Below, piece by piece: positions 28,856 to 38,762 of a DNA stretch of 64,000 nucleotides (position 1 is its first letter; each line of letters begins with the position of its first letter). A program made the translations under genes and the position numbers. The stretch lies in IMG/VR virus record IMGVR_UViG_3300028844_004984, one strand, 5' to 3'. This DNA comes from a virus. Under the pieces are notes generated by a model, which was not told the origin of the DNA, ran no database searches, and saw only the letters and a list, made by a program, of their open reading frames with translations.

Positions 28856-29261
28856 AGAATTCTTAGAAGAAACATTTCAACAATACTCATCCAATGGTAC
28901 ACCACCAACGATGTGTGTTGAGTTCGTACTATCAGATTTGTACGAGCATCTTTGTACAGAAAATCTTATGACCGAAGACCTTCGTAAGTGGTTTGGTAAA
29001 GGAAAAACAGGTACTGCTTCAGGTGGTGGTTGGGATAGATACGGAAGTGATGGTCAGAAGTTAGGTAAGTGTGGTGATGGTAAAAAAGGCGGTGCATATG
29101 CCGCTTGCCTATCCAAAGAAAAAGCAAATAAGTTAGGACCTAAAGGTAGGGCATCATTCGTAAGAAGAAAACGAGCCGACCAAAAAAAGAGTGGTGATAC
29201 AAAAAAAGGTGGAAACCGAACCAAAGGTAAAGCACCAACGAATAGCAAGACAGGGGCATAA
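28836..29261 (+). CDS. Basic, probably head-associated hypothetical protein
   Basis: LMTE/DLRKWFG...GW...C...C...RRKR domain; G/K-rich. Confidence 0.5.
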   Translation: MNQTQIKEFLEETFQQYSSNGTPPTMCVEFVLSDLYEHLCTENLMTEDLRKWFGKGKTGTASGGGWDRYGSDGQKLGKCGDGKKGGAYAACLSKEKANKLGPKGRASFVRRKRADQKKSGDTKKGGNRTKGKAPTNSKTGA

Positions 29262-29263
29262 AA

Positions 29264-31138
29264 ATGGCAAATCCAAAACTGAATAAAAAAGTAAAATCTT
29301 TTTTAGACTCGTATCTAAAAGATACACCAAAAAACTCACCAGAACATCAACATGCGATAATGTTGATTCTGAGAGGAGCATTAACAGATGCTAACTTCCA
29401 TAGTGAAGCTAGGCAGTTAGATAAGATGTTTCCAACGGCAAAGAAATCAAAGTATGTTGGTACGGATATGGAAACTGTAATTGAAGATAAGGGTATCGAT
29501 ATCGCTAAGGCTGCTAAGTGGGATGGGTATGAAATCATCGATGCGTTCGTAGCATACACCAATAATACAAAGTTGGATTCGTTAAAAGAAGGGTTCTACT
29601 CAGAGTATGTATCTGAATTCCTAAACGAAGTTGCAATGGGTGAGGATGAGAACGATCCTGAAGAAATTAAAGTAAACAACTATCAAACAAAATACTTCCA
29701 CGTTTGTCCAGGCGCATCAAATCTATACAAAGATATAGAATCAAAAGGTGTTGATATGGATATGGCTGAGAGAAGTGCAAGATTACAAGACGTACTTTAC
29801 TTTGTAGAAGAACACATTCAGAGAGATGGGTATAAGCCAGAGCGTGATTATGTGATGGTGGCTAACAACTTGGCTGTTAACATAATGAAATTAGCTAAGA
29901 TGATGGGTTTAGAAAAAGAACACTCATACATACAAGGACACGTTGATACAATCGAAAAGGTAGTAAAAGAAAAAGGCCTACAAGAAAGAATCTCAGAACT
30001 TACTGAAGATAATGTACCAACCGACCCATCAAAGTGGTCCTACTACAAATCACAAGCAAAAAAGAAGTTCGATGTGTATCCATCAGCATACGCAAACGCA
30101 TGGGCAGCAAAACAATACAAAGATGCCGGCGGTGGTTGGAGAACAAAAAAAGAATCGGTAAGCGAAGGTAGATACGGAACGTTCGATAACAAAGAAGCAA
30201 AAATTGTAGATAAGGCATTAGATAAGGCATTTAAAAAATTCGAAACCTCATTAAAGAAAGCACATGATGATTTTCAAAAAGCTGTAAAGCAATACACATA
30301 CAAAGGTTCAAAGGCCGATATCGGAGGTAAATCAGGATTTCAAGATACAGAAGGTAGAGCAGCTATTGATTATTTCGCAGAAAAAGTTATCAAAAGTACA
30401 TTAGGTGTAGATAAGTTTGGAAGCTATCGTACTGGTTGGATGACTGAAAGTGCAGTAAAGGAAGCTGCTGAAAGAGATTACAAAAAAGAGTACGAAAAGT
30501 ACGGAAAATCTGAGAAAGCAAAGAAGTACAGGGCTGAATTAAATAAGTACAATAGAGAGAAAGGTACTTATGGTAATGGTGATGGTAAAGATGCATCTCA
30601 CAAAGGTGGAAAGATTGCTGGATTCGAAGATGAATCTAAGAACAGAGGTAGACGAGAAAAGAGTAGATTGAAGAAAGAGTCTACACTTAATAGAGAAAAT
30701 GTAGCAGAAGGTGTAATGAGTGAATTAGACCTGATGGCTAAGGAGGCAAAAGATTTTAAAGATTTCCTAAAGGATGTATTCAGCGTTCCAGCATATAGAA
30801 AACATAAAGGTAAAAAAGATATAATGGATTTCTTATCAAAGTTCTATAAGGATGCTAGAAACGAATCAATCAACGAAGAATACTACAAACAGGCATCAGA
30901 AGCAGCTGATGCTGCCAGAAAGTACGCTGAGAAGAAGGGGTATGAAATCGATGAAGATGATTGGCAATCTAAAATCGCAGCTGGTGGTAAGTATGGTAGA
31001 TTAAGACCTGGTAAAGAAAAAACACATACGTTCAGTATCAGATTGTTAAAGAATGGAAAACCACAAAGAAAGATGTTACAAGTATCTTTGTATGGAATGC
31101 CAAGTGGTAAGTACGAATTAACAACATACATTAACTGA
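29264..31138 (+). CDS. Multi-module putative capsid-internal polyprotein (includes degenerate HNH-like module)
   Basis: Short modules separated by LKE/LNE/LTE/VSE/VKE/VAE/INE linkers; GDGKDASH...NRG module. Confidence 0.5.
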   Translation: MANPKLNKKVKSFLDSYLKDTPKNSPEHQHAIMLILRGALTDANFHSEARQLDKMFPTAKKSKYVGTDMETVIEDKGIDIAKAAKWDGYEIIDAFVAYTNNTKLDSLKEGFYSEYVSEFLNEVAMGEDENDPEEIKVNNYQTKYFHVCPGASNLYKDIESKGVDMDMAERSARLQDVLYFVEEHIQRDGYKPERDYVMVANNLAVNIMKLAKMMGLEKEHSYIQGHVDTIEKVVKEKGLQERISELTEDNVPTDPSKWSYYKSQAKKKFDVYPSAYANAWAAKQYKDAGGGWRTKKESVSEGRYGTFDNKEAKIVDKALDKAFKKFETSLKKAHDDFQKAVKQYTYKGSKADIGGKSGFQDTEGRAAIDYFAEKVIKSTLGVDKFGSYRTGWMTESAVKEAAERDYKKEYEKYGKSEKAKKYRAELNKYNREKGTYGNGDGKDASHKGGKIAGFEDESKNRGRREKSRLKKESTLNRENVAEGVMSELDLMAKEAKDFKDFLKDVFSVPAYRKHKGKKDIMDFLSKFYKDARNESINEEYYKQASEAADAARKYAEKKGYEIDEDDWQSKIAAGGKYGRLRPGKEKTHTFSIRLLKNGKPQRKMLQVSLYGMPSGKYELTTYIN

Positions 31139-31141
31139 TAA

Positions 31142-32485
31142 ATGGAACTGAGAACAGAGCTAATAAAGTTCAGAATTGATACCGATACCGATACTATGGG
31201 TATCATTGAAGATGAGTGCTTACTTGCTTTTTCTCCCGATTCAACTGGAGTATTTGAGTTAGGCGATGATATTGAAAAGTTCTCAGGTCTATCTTTGAAG
31301 GATGCTAAAGCATATAATGAAACTCCAACAGATGCATACATTTATGGTCTACAAAATATAATGAATGGTGGTAAAGACCTTTTTTTCTGGAATAATGGTA
31401 ATCGATTAAAAGGTGCTGCTGATAAAAATGGAATGTGGCCTGCTTTGTTTGAACAACTATCACATGAAGGTTCTCATTTAGCGAGAAAGCTTATGGTTCG
31501 TGCAATTGCTAAAAAATTAAACGTAAATACCAATAATGAAGATTGGATTAAGTACGATTATGGAAGTGGTGAGTATATGTGGCCTACGATGGGTGACCAT
31601 AATGATGATAAGAATCCGATGATAGTGGTAAGCGAAGAGGAGTTTGTTACATTAGTTGGTCTTGTTGTTCAACAGATAACGCCACACTTTTTAGAAATGG
31701 CTAAAGACTATTTATCGGAATTAGAAAGTGTAAATATAAATGAAGATATTAATATGAACGAAGGTAAGTTTCCAGGAAGAAAAGGTGATTTCATCAAATG
31801 GAAGGGTGAATACTTTGATATAAAAAAGACCGCAGGTTCAACAGCGTATGTAAAATTTCCACATACGGTATCACATGCATTCTCACAAGTATGGGGTGAT
31901 GAGGTGAAGCTTGGAAACGAAAAACACAAAGGTAAAAGGGTTTGGGTAATGGAACAGAAGTTAAACATCAACGAAGGTATAATGTACAATGTGGATGCTG
32001 GAATCGCACTACATAAGAATCCATACAGATATGGTTCTACTAAATTCTTTGAGTACTACAACGATTTGAGAGCACTAAAGCTAGAGACTGTATCCAAAGA
32101 TTTAGATATGTTTCTAAGTTCTGATATAGGTACGGTTGGGGTTTACGAAGGTAATGATGTACTTTTAGATTTCCCAATGTTAGTAGAAGCCGAATATCAA
32201 GGTAAAAAAGTTGAACTTAACAAACCAAAGAGAGGTGGCTCCAAAAAGTTTCAGGTTTATGTAAAAGACCCTAAAACAGGAAATATCAGAAAAGTAGCAT
32301 TTGGGGCAGATAGTGGTGGTGGTAAATTAGCAGTTAAGTTAAAAGACCCTAAAGCAAAAGCCGCATTCAAATCAAGACATAATTGTGAACAAACAAAGGA
32401 TAAAACAACTGCCTCATACTGGAGTTGTAGATTACCTCGTTACGCAAAATCATTAGGTTTAAGTGGTGGTGGGCAGTGGTGGTAA
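31142..32485 (+). CDS. Multi-module putative capsid-internal polyprotein with HExxH motif
   Basis: SHEGSH; INE/MNE/INE/LVE linkers; basic C-terminal module EAEYQG...KVAFG...SRHNC...YWSC. Confidence 0.5.
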   Translation: MELRTELIKFRIDTDTDTMGIIEDECLLAFSPDSTGVFELGDDIEKFSGLSLKDAKAYNETPTDAYIYGLQNIMNGGKDLFFWNNGNRLKGAADKNGMWPALFEQLSHEGSHLARKLMVRAIAKKLNVNTNNEDWIKYDYGSGEYMWPTMGDHNDDKNPMIVVSEEEFVTLVGLVVQQITPHFLEMAKDYLSELESVNINEDINMNEGKFPGRKGDFIKWKGEYFDIKKTAGSTAYVKFPHTVSHAFSQVWGDEVKLGNEKHKGKRVWVMEQKLNINEGIMYNVDAGIALHKNPYRYGSTKFFEYYNDLRALKLETVSKDLDMFLSSDIGTVGVYEGNDVLLDFPMLVEAEYQGKKVELNKPKRGGSKKFQVYVKDPKTGNIRKVAFGADSGGGKLAVKLKDPKAKAAFKSRHNCEQTKDKTTASYWSCRLPRYAKSLGLSGGGQWW

Positions 32486-32750
32486 TCCATATAACGAAGT
32501 AAGTAAAGGTAATAATACTTACATCAGAGAGTTCTCAGTAGATACCGATTCATCAGAGTTGGTTTGGCACAGAGATAAAGAAGATAGAGAGGTTACAATC
32601 CTAGGAGGTAGGGGTTGGAAGTTTCAATATGATGATGAACTTCCGTTTGAGCTAAAAGAGGGTGATACGATTCGTATTAACAAATTAGAGTATCACAGAA
32701 TCATTAAAGGTGATACAAATCTCAAAATACGTTTATTGAAAATATTTTAA
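32463..32750 (+). CDS. Small cupin-fold protein
   Basis: WHRD.EDR...G.GW...ELKEGD.I.I....YHRIIKG cupin motifs; start uncertain. Confidence 0.65.
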   Translation: MVVGSGGNPYNEVSKGNNTYIREFSVDTDSSELVWHRDKEDREVTILGGRGWKFQYDDELPFELKEGDTIRINKLEYHRIIKGDTNLKIRLLKIF

Positions 32751-32758
32751 TATTTATA
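32751..32758 (+). promoter_or_regulatory. Putative late promoter TATTTATA
   Basis: Octamer upstream of ATG 32801. Confidence 0.7.
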
Positions 32759-32800
32759 TACGACCGTTGGTCAAAAATAGTTTAATTAAAAAGGTATATT

Positions 32801-33133
32801 ATGAATACATTGTTGGTAATTTTAGCATTAGTTGCTGTAGCTGCGGGTACATACGCAGTATTGTTGTACACAGGTAAAATCAAAGATGAAGATGGAGATT
32901 TTATTCCTGATGTAGTGGAAGATAAAGTGGAAGATATCAAAGAAGATATTACTGAAGTAAAGACTGAGGTTAAGAGACGTGCTAAGAGAGTAAAAGAAGA
33001 AATTAAAGACGTAAAAGCCGCTGGTAAGAATCTTGTTAAGCAATCTAAAGATGTTGTAGAAGCTGCAAAAGGTGGAAACCGTAAAGGTAGACGGCCGTCA
33101 AACAGAAGAAAAAAACCAGCTGCTAAGAAATAA
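32801..33133 (+). CDS. Membrane-anchored protein (one N-terminal TM helix, coiled coil, basic tail)
   Basis: LLVILALVAVAAGTYAVLLY; DEDGDFIPD loop. Confidence 0.6.
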   Translation: MNTLLVILALVAVAAGTYAVLLYTGKIKDEDGDFIPDVVEDKVEDIKEDITEVKTEVKRRAKRVKEEIKDVKAAGKNLVKQSKDVVEAAKGGNRKGRRPSNRRKKPAAKK

Positions 33134-33141
33134 ATTAGTGG

Positions 33142-33726
33142 ATGAAATCATATTTCGGAGATATACGAAATCTAATAATATTTGGTTTAATAGTAGTAAT
33201 TCTATTGTTGAGGCAATGTTCTGGTGATGTAACTCCAACTGAACCTGTAACCATTACCAAAACAGAAGTTAGGTATGATACGATTACAAATGAAGTTACG
33301 AAATATGTACCAAAAATAGTTACGAAGATAGAAACACAGATAGATACTCTGTTGGTATCGCAAGAGATTGATACATTATCCATATTAGAAGATTACTTCG
33401 CAACATATATCTACGAAGATTTTCAGAATTTGGATTCACTCAATCTAACCATAACTGATACGATATCACAAAACAAAATCTTATCAAGAAAAATTGTATA
33501 TGATTTAATCTATCCTACCGTAACTGTTACTGAAACCAGATACATAAACCAAAGAGAGTTTTATGCTGGGTTTGGGTTAAGTGGTAGAACTGACCAATTC
33601 AACTATGCTGGTGGTCAGCTACTATACAGAACGAAAAACAAACAGGCGTTTGGGTTGGGTGTGGGTTTAAATCAAAATTTTGAGCCAGTTATTTCAACCC
33701 AATTCCTTTGGAAATTGGGAAAGTAA
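33142..33726 (+). CDS. Secreted/membrane protein, possible lipoprotein (lysis-related?)
   Basis: Hydrophobic stretch ending in LRQC; C-terminal beta strands ending FLWKLGK. Confidence 0.5.
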   Translation: MKSYFGDIRNLIIFGLIVVILLLRQCSGDVTPTEPVTITKTEVRYDTITNEVTKYVPKIVTKIETQIDTLLVSQEIDTLSILEDYFATYIYEDFQNLDSLNLTITDTISQNKILSRKIVYDLIYPTVTVTETRYINQREFYAGFGLSGRTDQFNYAGGQLLYRTKNKQAFGLGVGLNQNFEPVISTQFLWKLGK

Positions 33727-35297
33727 TGGCCAAAACAATAAAAGAACTTATTAGGGAAGAGTACGTTAAATGTGCTAAAAACCCAGTTTACTTCTTTAAG
33801 AAGTATTGTTACATTCAACACCCAAAAAGAGGTAAGATTCTTTTTGATTTGTACCCCTTCCAAGAAGATGTTATGGGTGAGTTAGATGAACATCGTTACA
33901 ATGTGATTCTTAAATCACGCCAGCTAGGTATCTCAACATTATCCGCAGGTTATTCTTTATGGATGATGTTATTTCACGAAGATAAAAACATATTGGTAAT
34001 TGCAACCAAACAAGAGGTAGCTAAAAATTTGGTTACCAAAGTAAGATATATGCATGAGAACCTACCCAGCTGGCTTAAAGGTGATACTGTAGAAGATAAT
34101 AAACTATCTTTAAGATTAGGTAATGGTTCAACAATTAAAGCAACATCAGCAAGTGGTGATGCTGGTCGTTCTGAAGCATTATCAATGTTGATTATAGATG
34201 AGGGCGCATTTATCAAAGGTATTGATGAGATATGGGCATCGGCTCAATCTACATTATCAACGGGTGGTAAGGCAATCGTATTATCAACCCCAAATGGCGT
34301 TGGTAACTTCTTCCATAAAACTTGGTTAAAGGGTGAAGAGGGTGATGGTTGGAATCCAATCAAATTACATTGGACTGTACATCCTGAAAGAAATGATAAG
34401 TGGAGAGCAGAACAAACTCAACTATTGGGTGAGAAGATGGCAGCACAAGAGTGTGATTGTGATTTTATCTCATCTGGTTACACAGTTGTAGATGGCCAAC
34501 TATTAAAGTGGTTTGAAGAAACGCATGTGCAAGAACCTGTAGAGCAAAGAGGTTTCGATGGTAACTATTGGATGTGGCAACAACCCAATTATTCGAGAGA
34601 TTATATTGTGGTGGCTGACGTTGCGAGAGGTGATGGAGCTGACTACTCAGCATTTCACGTTATAGATGTGGAAGCTGTAGAGCAAGTTGCTGAGTACAGA
34701 GGTAAGATTGAAACCAAACACTATGGTAATATGTTGGTTAACGTTGCAACTGAGTGGAATGATGCACTTCTTGTGATTGAGAACGCAAACATTGGTTGGG
34801 CTGTAATTCAAGAAGCAATTGATAGAAACTATACAAATCTATATTACTCATATAAGGAGTTTGGATATGTTGATGAAGATATCCACCTACAGAAAGCATA
34901 TGATTTGAAAGATAAAGCACAAATGGTTCCTGGTTTTTCTATGACGAGTAGGACTCGACCACTTGTTATATCCAAATTAGATACCTATATGAGAGAGCGA
35001 GTTCCAATCGTTCGTTCTAAAAGATTGATTGATGAGTTGTTCACATTTATTTGGAATGGTAGTAGAGCGGAAGCACAATCAGGTTACAATGATGATTTGG
35101 TAATGTCCTTCTGTACCGCACTATGGGTTAGAGATACTGCGTTGAAGTTACGACAGCAGGGAATTGAACTAAACCGAAAAGCTCTATCAATGACCAGAAA
35201 GAATTCAGGTGTATTCAAAACAAACCCACAAGCGGCAAAAAGTAGCTGGCAAATGAGAACTGGTAGGGGTGATGAAGATATAAGTTGGTTACTTTGA
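33726..35297 (+). CDS. terL: Terminase large subunit (gp17-like); start at ATG 33726
   Basis: LYPFQ, KSRQLGIST Walker A, LIIDEGAF Walker B, STPNG, DVARGDGADYS, NDDLVMS nuclease motifs. Confidence 0.95.
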   Translation: MAKTIKELIREEYVKCAKNPVYFFKKYCYIQHPKRGKILFDLYPFQEDVMGELDEHRYNVILKSRQLGISTLSAGYSLWMMLFHEDKNILVIATKQEVAKNLVTKVRYMHENLPSWLKGDTVEDNKLSLRLGNGSTIKATSASGDAGRSEALSMLIIDEGAFIKGIDEIWASAQSTLSTGGKAIVLSTPNGVGNFFHKTWLKGEEGDGWNPIKLHWTVHPERNDKWRAEQTQLLGEKMAAQECDCDFISSGYTVVDGQLLKWFEETHVQEPVEQRGFDGNYWMWQQPNYSRDYIVVADVARGDGADYSAFHVIDVEAVEQVAEYRGKIETKHYGNMLVNVATEWNDALLVIENANIGWAVIQEAIDRNYTNLYYSYKEFGYVDEDIHLQKAYDLKDKAQMVPGFSMTSRTRPLVISKLDTYMRERVPIVRSKRLIDELFTFIWNGSRAEAQSGYNDDLVMSFCTALWVRDTALKLRQQGIELNRKALSMTRKNSGVFKTNPQAAKSSWQMRTGRGDEDISWLL

Positions 35298-35331
35298 TTT
35301 GGATATTAAAAATAATTTTCGTATATTTATA
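35298..35331 (+). promoter_or_regulatory. Overlapping Bacteroidota-type promoter candidate (TTTG-N20-TATATTTA) and late motif TATTTATA (35324-35331)
   Basis: Sequence TTTGGATATTAAAAATAATTTTCGTATATTTATA upstream of portal. Confidence 0.6.
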
Positions 35332-35361
35332 GATTGTAATGGTATATAAAAGAATAAGATT

Positions 35362-37239
35362 ATGGCAGATACTACATTATTTGGTAGATTAAGGCGGTTG
35401 TTCTCAACTCAAGTCGTTGTACGTCGGGTTGGTAAAAACAAATTAAAAGTGGTTGATTCATCTCGACTGCAAGGTGATGGTAACCGCAGAGGTTCTGCGT
35501 ACTACGATAGGTATGGTAGATTGCATGGTTCTAACTCAAGAAAGAATTGGCAAACATACAATGAAAGATTCAACTACCATTCAAACAAACTTGAGTTGTA
35601 CACCGATTATGAGGCGATGGATAAGGATTCAATCATCTCATCAATCTTAGATATCTACTCAGATGAGTGCACACTAAAGAACGATATGGGTGATGTGATT
35701 CGAATCAACTCATCAGATGAGAAACTAAAGAAAACACTACACAACCTATTCTATGATGTATTGAATATTGAGTTCAATCTTTGGTCTTGGGTTAGAGGTA
35801 TGAACAAATATGGTGATTACTATTTGTATTTGGATATCGATGATGATTTGGGTATCGTAAACGTACAGCCATTATCAGCATATGAGACTAGAAGAGAAGA
35901 AGGATATGATTTAGATAATCCCTATTCAGTAAGATTTGAGGTTGAAGAACAAAACACAAATGCAATCTCACAAAGAAACAATACTAAGTTTTTAGAATCA
36001 TTTCAAGTAGCTCACTTTAGATTACTTACAGATACAAACTTCTTACCATATGGACGTTCGCTGTTAGAAGGTGCAAGAAAGACTTGGAAGCAATTAACTC
36101 TTATGGAAGATGCTATGATGATTCATAGAATTATGAGAGCACCTGAAAAGAGGATTTTTAAAATTGATATTGGTAACATCCCACCGGGTGAGGTTGACCA
36201 GTATATGCAAAACATTATCTCTCAAATGAAGAAAACTCCATATTTGGATGAATCGACTGGAGACTACAATTTAAAATTCAACCTTCAAAATATGTTGGAA
36301 GATTATTATCTGCCAGTTCGTGGTGGACAAAGTGGTACTGAGATTGATTCTTTAAGTGGTATGGAATTTACTGGTATTGATGATATCGAATACTTAAAAA
36401 ATCGTATGATGGCAGCACTCAAAGTTCCAAAAGCATTTATTGGATATGAAGAGGGTGTTGAAGGTAAAGCAACATTAGCACAAGAGGATATTAGATTCGC
36501 ACGTTCAGTTGAGAGAATCCAAAAGATTGTTCTTTCCGAACTAACAAAGATAGCAATTGTACACTTATATACACAAGGTTATACGGATGAGGAGTTGGTA
36601 AACTTTGAGTTAGAACTTACAAATCCATCCATCATCTATGAACAAGAGAAAGCAAATTTATGGTCTGAAAAAGTAAATCTCGTTAGAGATATGAAAGACC
36701 TAAAAATGGTATCACAGGAGTGGATGTACAAAAACATATTTAATATGAGTGAAGATGAGTGGACCAAAGAGCAGTACAATGTTATTAGTGATTTGAAATT
36801 AGGATTCAGACACGAACAAATAGAAAACGAAGGAAACGACCCGGTTAAGACTGGAGAATCGTTTGGTACACCACATGATTTAGCAGCAATGAGCCAACAG
36901 AGTAGTGATGATAGTGCAGGTGGAGATAATCCATTTGGTGAAAATAAAGGTGGAGCACCCAAAGGTGGTTTTGATGGAGCTGGTAGACCTAAAGAGGGTG
37001 GTAACTACGGAACAGATGATAATCCATTTGGTAGAGACCCGCTGGGTAACAAATCAATTTCGGCAAAAGCAGAAAAGTATAATTCATCATCTGTAATCAA
37101 TAAAGAGAACACAGATGCTATGCTTTCACAGATGAAACGAAATGTTAAGACCAAAAAAATTATAATGGAATCCCTATCTGATGATAGCTCTGAAGAGACG
37201 GTATCTCTATTAGATGAAAAAAACATATTGGATTCTTAA
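35362..37239 (+). CDS. Portal protein (gp20-like)
   Basis: LMEDAMMIHRIMRAPEKRIFKIDIGN, EDYYLPVRGG..GTEIDSL.G, DDIEY...ALKVP. Confidence 0.95.
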   Translation: MADTTLFGRLRRLFSTQVVVRRVGKNKLKVVDSSRLQGDGNRRGSAYYDRYGRLHGSNSRKNWQTYNERFNYHSNKLELYTDYEAMDKDSIISSILDIYSDECTLKNDMGDVIRINSSDEKLKKTLHNLFYDVLNIEFNLWSWVRGMNKYGDYYLYLDIDDDLGIVNVQPLSAYETRREEGYDLDNPYSVRFEVEEQNTNAISQRNNTKFLESFQVAHFRLLTDTNFLPYGRSLLEGARKTWKQLTLMEDAMMIHRIMRAPEKRIFKIDIGNIPPGEVDQYMQNIISQMKKTPYLDESTGDYNLKFNLQNMLEDYYLPVRGGQSGTEIDSLSGMEFTGIDDIEYLKNRMMAALKVPKAFIGYEEGVEGKATLAQEDIRFARSVERIQKIVLSELTKIAIVHLYTQGYTDEELVNFELELTNPSIIYEQEKANLWSEKVNLVRDMKDLKMVSQEWMYKNIFNMSEDEWTKEQYNVISDLKLGFRHEQIENEGNDPVKTGESFGTPHDLAAMSQQSSDDSAGGDNPFGENKGGAPKGGFDGAGRPKEGGNYGTDDNPFGRDPLGNKSISAKAEKYNSSSVINKENTDAMLSQMKRNVKTKKIIMESLSDDSSEETVSLLDEKNILDS

Positions 37240-37247
37240 AAATTCAA

Positions 37248-37255
37248 TATTTATA
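37248..37255 (+). promoter_or_regulatory. Putative late promoter TATTTATA
   Basis: Intergenic octamer after portal. Confidence 0.7.
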
Positions 37256-37297
37256 ATAAATATATAGTTGATTTCGTGAAAAACGATGAGGAACACA

Positions 37298-38146
37298 ATG
37301 AGAAAACTAAAACATAGTAAGTATAAGAATACGGGAATATTGTTTGAGTTATTGGTACGTCAAATCGCTACCGATACGTTAAACAATCGTGATTCAAAAG
37401 CTACTTACATAATAAAGGAGTTTTTTGGTAAAAAAGCTGAGCTCGCTAAGGAGTTAAAATTGTATAAGCTTTTTACAGAAGAAAATTTTAGTTCAGAGTA
37501 TAAAGCATCCGAATTTGTAAACATTGTGTTGGAGGAGAGACGGAAGTTAAATGATTCTGTTTTAAACAGACAGAAGTACAACCTCATCAAAGCAATTAAG
37601 AAAACATTTGTGTTAGAAGATTTTTTCAACTATAGAGTATCTAATTACAAAGAAAACGCATCTGTATATAAGTTGTTCGAACACAACAAATCAGATAACC
37701 CAAAAGAATATGTTGAGTGTAAATCTACACTATTAGAGCACTTGACTGGGAAGCAATCACAATCAGATAATGTGGTTACTACAATCAATGAAGATTATTC
37801 AAAGCAGCCAAAAGAAGTTAGATTATTGGCTTGGAAGATGTTAGTTGAAAACTTCAACGATAAATACACACACCTTACGGATAAGCAACGTGATATACTT
37901 AGAGAGTACATCAACTCAGTCGATAATTCAGAAAAACTAAAAAAGTTCGTTGTTAGAGAATGTAACTCTCTGAAGAAATCTATAAACGAAATCAATGTTT
38001 CGGATAAGGTTACTCAGATAAAAGTAAACGAAGTTGTAAAGTTGATTTCTAAATTGAAGAATTCAAAAGTTATTACAGAATCTCAGATTCTATCGTTATT
38101 GAGATACTATGAGTTAAGTGATGAACTAAAAAGGGTTTTCAAATGA
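37298..38146 (+). CDS. Head-region hypothetical protein (start ATG 37298)
   Basis: KHSKYKNTGILFELL N-terminus; GAGG 6 nt upstream of the ATG. Confidence 0.6.
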   Translation: MRKLKHSKYKNTGILFELLVRQIATDTLNNRDSKATYIIKEFFGKKAELAKELKLYKLFTEENFSSEYKASEFVNIVLEERRKLNDSVLNRQKYNLIKAIKKTFVLEDFFNYRVSNYKENASVYKLFEHNKSDNPKEYVECKSTLLEHLTGKQSQSDNVVTTINEDYSKQPKEVRLLAWKMLVENFNDKYTHLTDKQRDILREYINSVDNSEKLKKFVVRECNSLKKSINEINVSDKVTQIKVNEVVKLISKLKNSKVITESQILSLLRYYELSDELKRVFK

Positions 38147-38631
38147 AAAGCTTGCTAAGAGAGATTGAAGATAAGTTTGAAGAAATCGATGAGGCCAATG
38201 TAACTGGTAACTTAGATGGCGGTGAAGGTCCTATAAAAACCCCACATGCATTTGCTAAAAGTGATGATGAGGATGATTTAGATACAGACCATATTGAAGT
38301 ATTGGGATATAAGAAATCTAAGGAGAGTAAAATGAATACTAAAAAGTTAGAATCATTGGAACGAAAGTTAGAAGATAAAATCAATGAGATTTCATATAAG
38401 GAGTTTAAGAAAGATGATTCAAGAAAGAACCATCAGAAGATTAACGATTCAATCAAAGAAATCAACAGTATGTTGTTTAAGTTGGAAAGAATTGTTAATC
38501 AAAATGCAAAACTGAAAACTGAGGCAGAAGTACACAGTGGTCAGTATTGGAAATCTACACAGAAAAGATTTGGAAAAATATCCGAAAGAATGTTAACTGT
38601 TGCTCGTAAGTTAAAAGAGTTGAGTGCATGA
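38143..38631 (+). CDS. Head-region hypothetical protein (possible prohead core component)
   Basis: IDE/A and INE motifs; lies between portal and protease. Confidence 0.55.
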   Translation: MKSLLREIEDKFEEIDEANVTGNLDGGEGPIKTPHAFAKSDDEDDLDTDHIEVLGYKKSKESKMNTKKLESLERKLEDKINEISYKEFKKDDSRKNHQKINDSIKEINSMLFKLERIVNQNAKLKTEAEVHSGQYWKSTQKRFGKISERMLTVARKLKELSA

Positions 38632-38762
38632 GTTCTAAAAAGAAAATACTAAAAGAAGAACTCACAAATAAAGATTTGGAGAACATTCGTCTACTTATAA
38701 GATATGAGGTAGCACAAGTCATGTTTGACCTGTACAAAAAACGTAAAACTTGGGGAGCGTAA
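38628..38762 (+). CDS. Small hypothetical protein, 44 aa (not in ORF track)
   Basis: MSSKKKILKEELTNKDLENIRLLIRYEVAQVMFDLYKKRKTWGA; ATGA and TAATG overlaps with both neighbours. Confidence 0.65.
   Translation: MSSKKKILKEELTNKDLENIRLLIRYEVAQVMFDLYKKRKTWGA

Noticed and set aside
30470-30670. HNH-like segment as a mobile homing endonuclease or intein
   Set aside because: Short and degenerate, lacks splicing motifs, and is embedded as a module in a polyprotein
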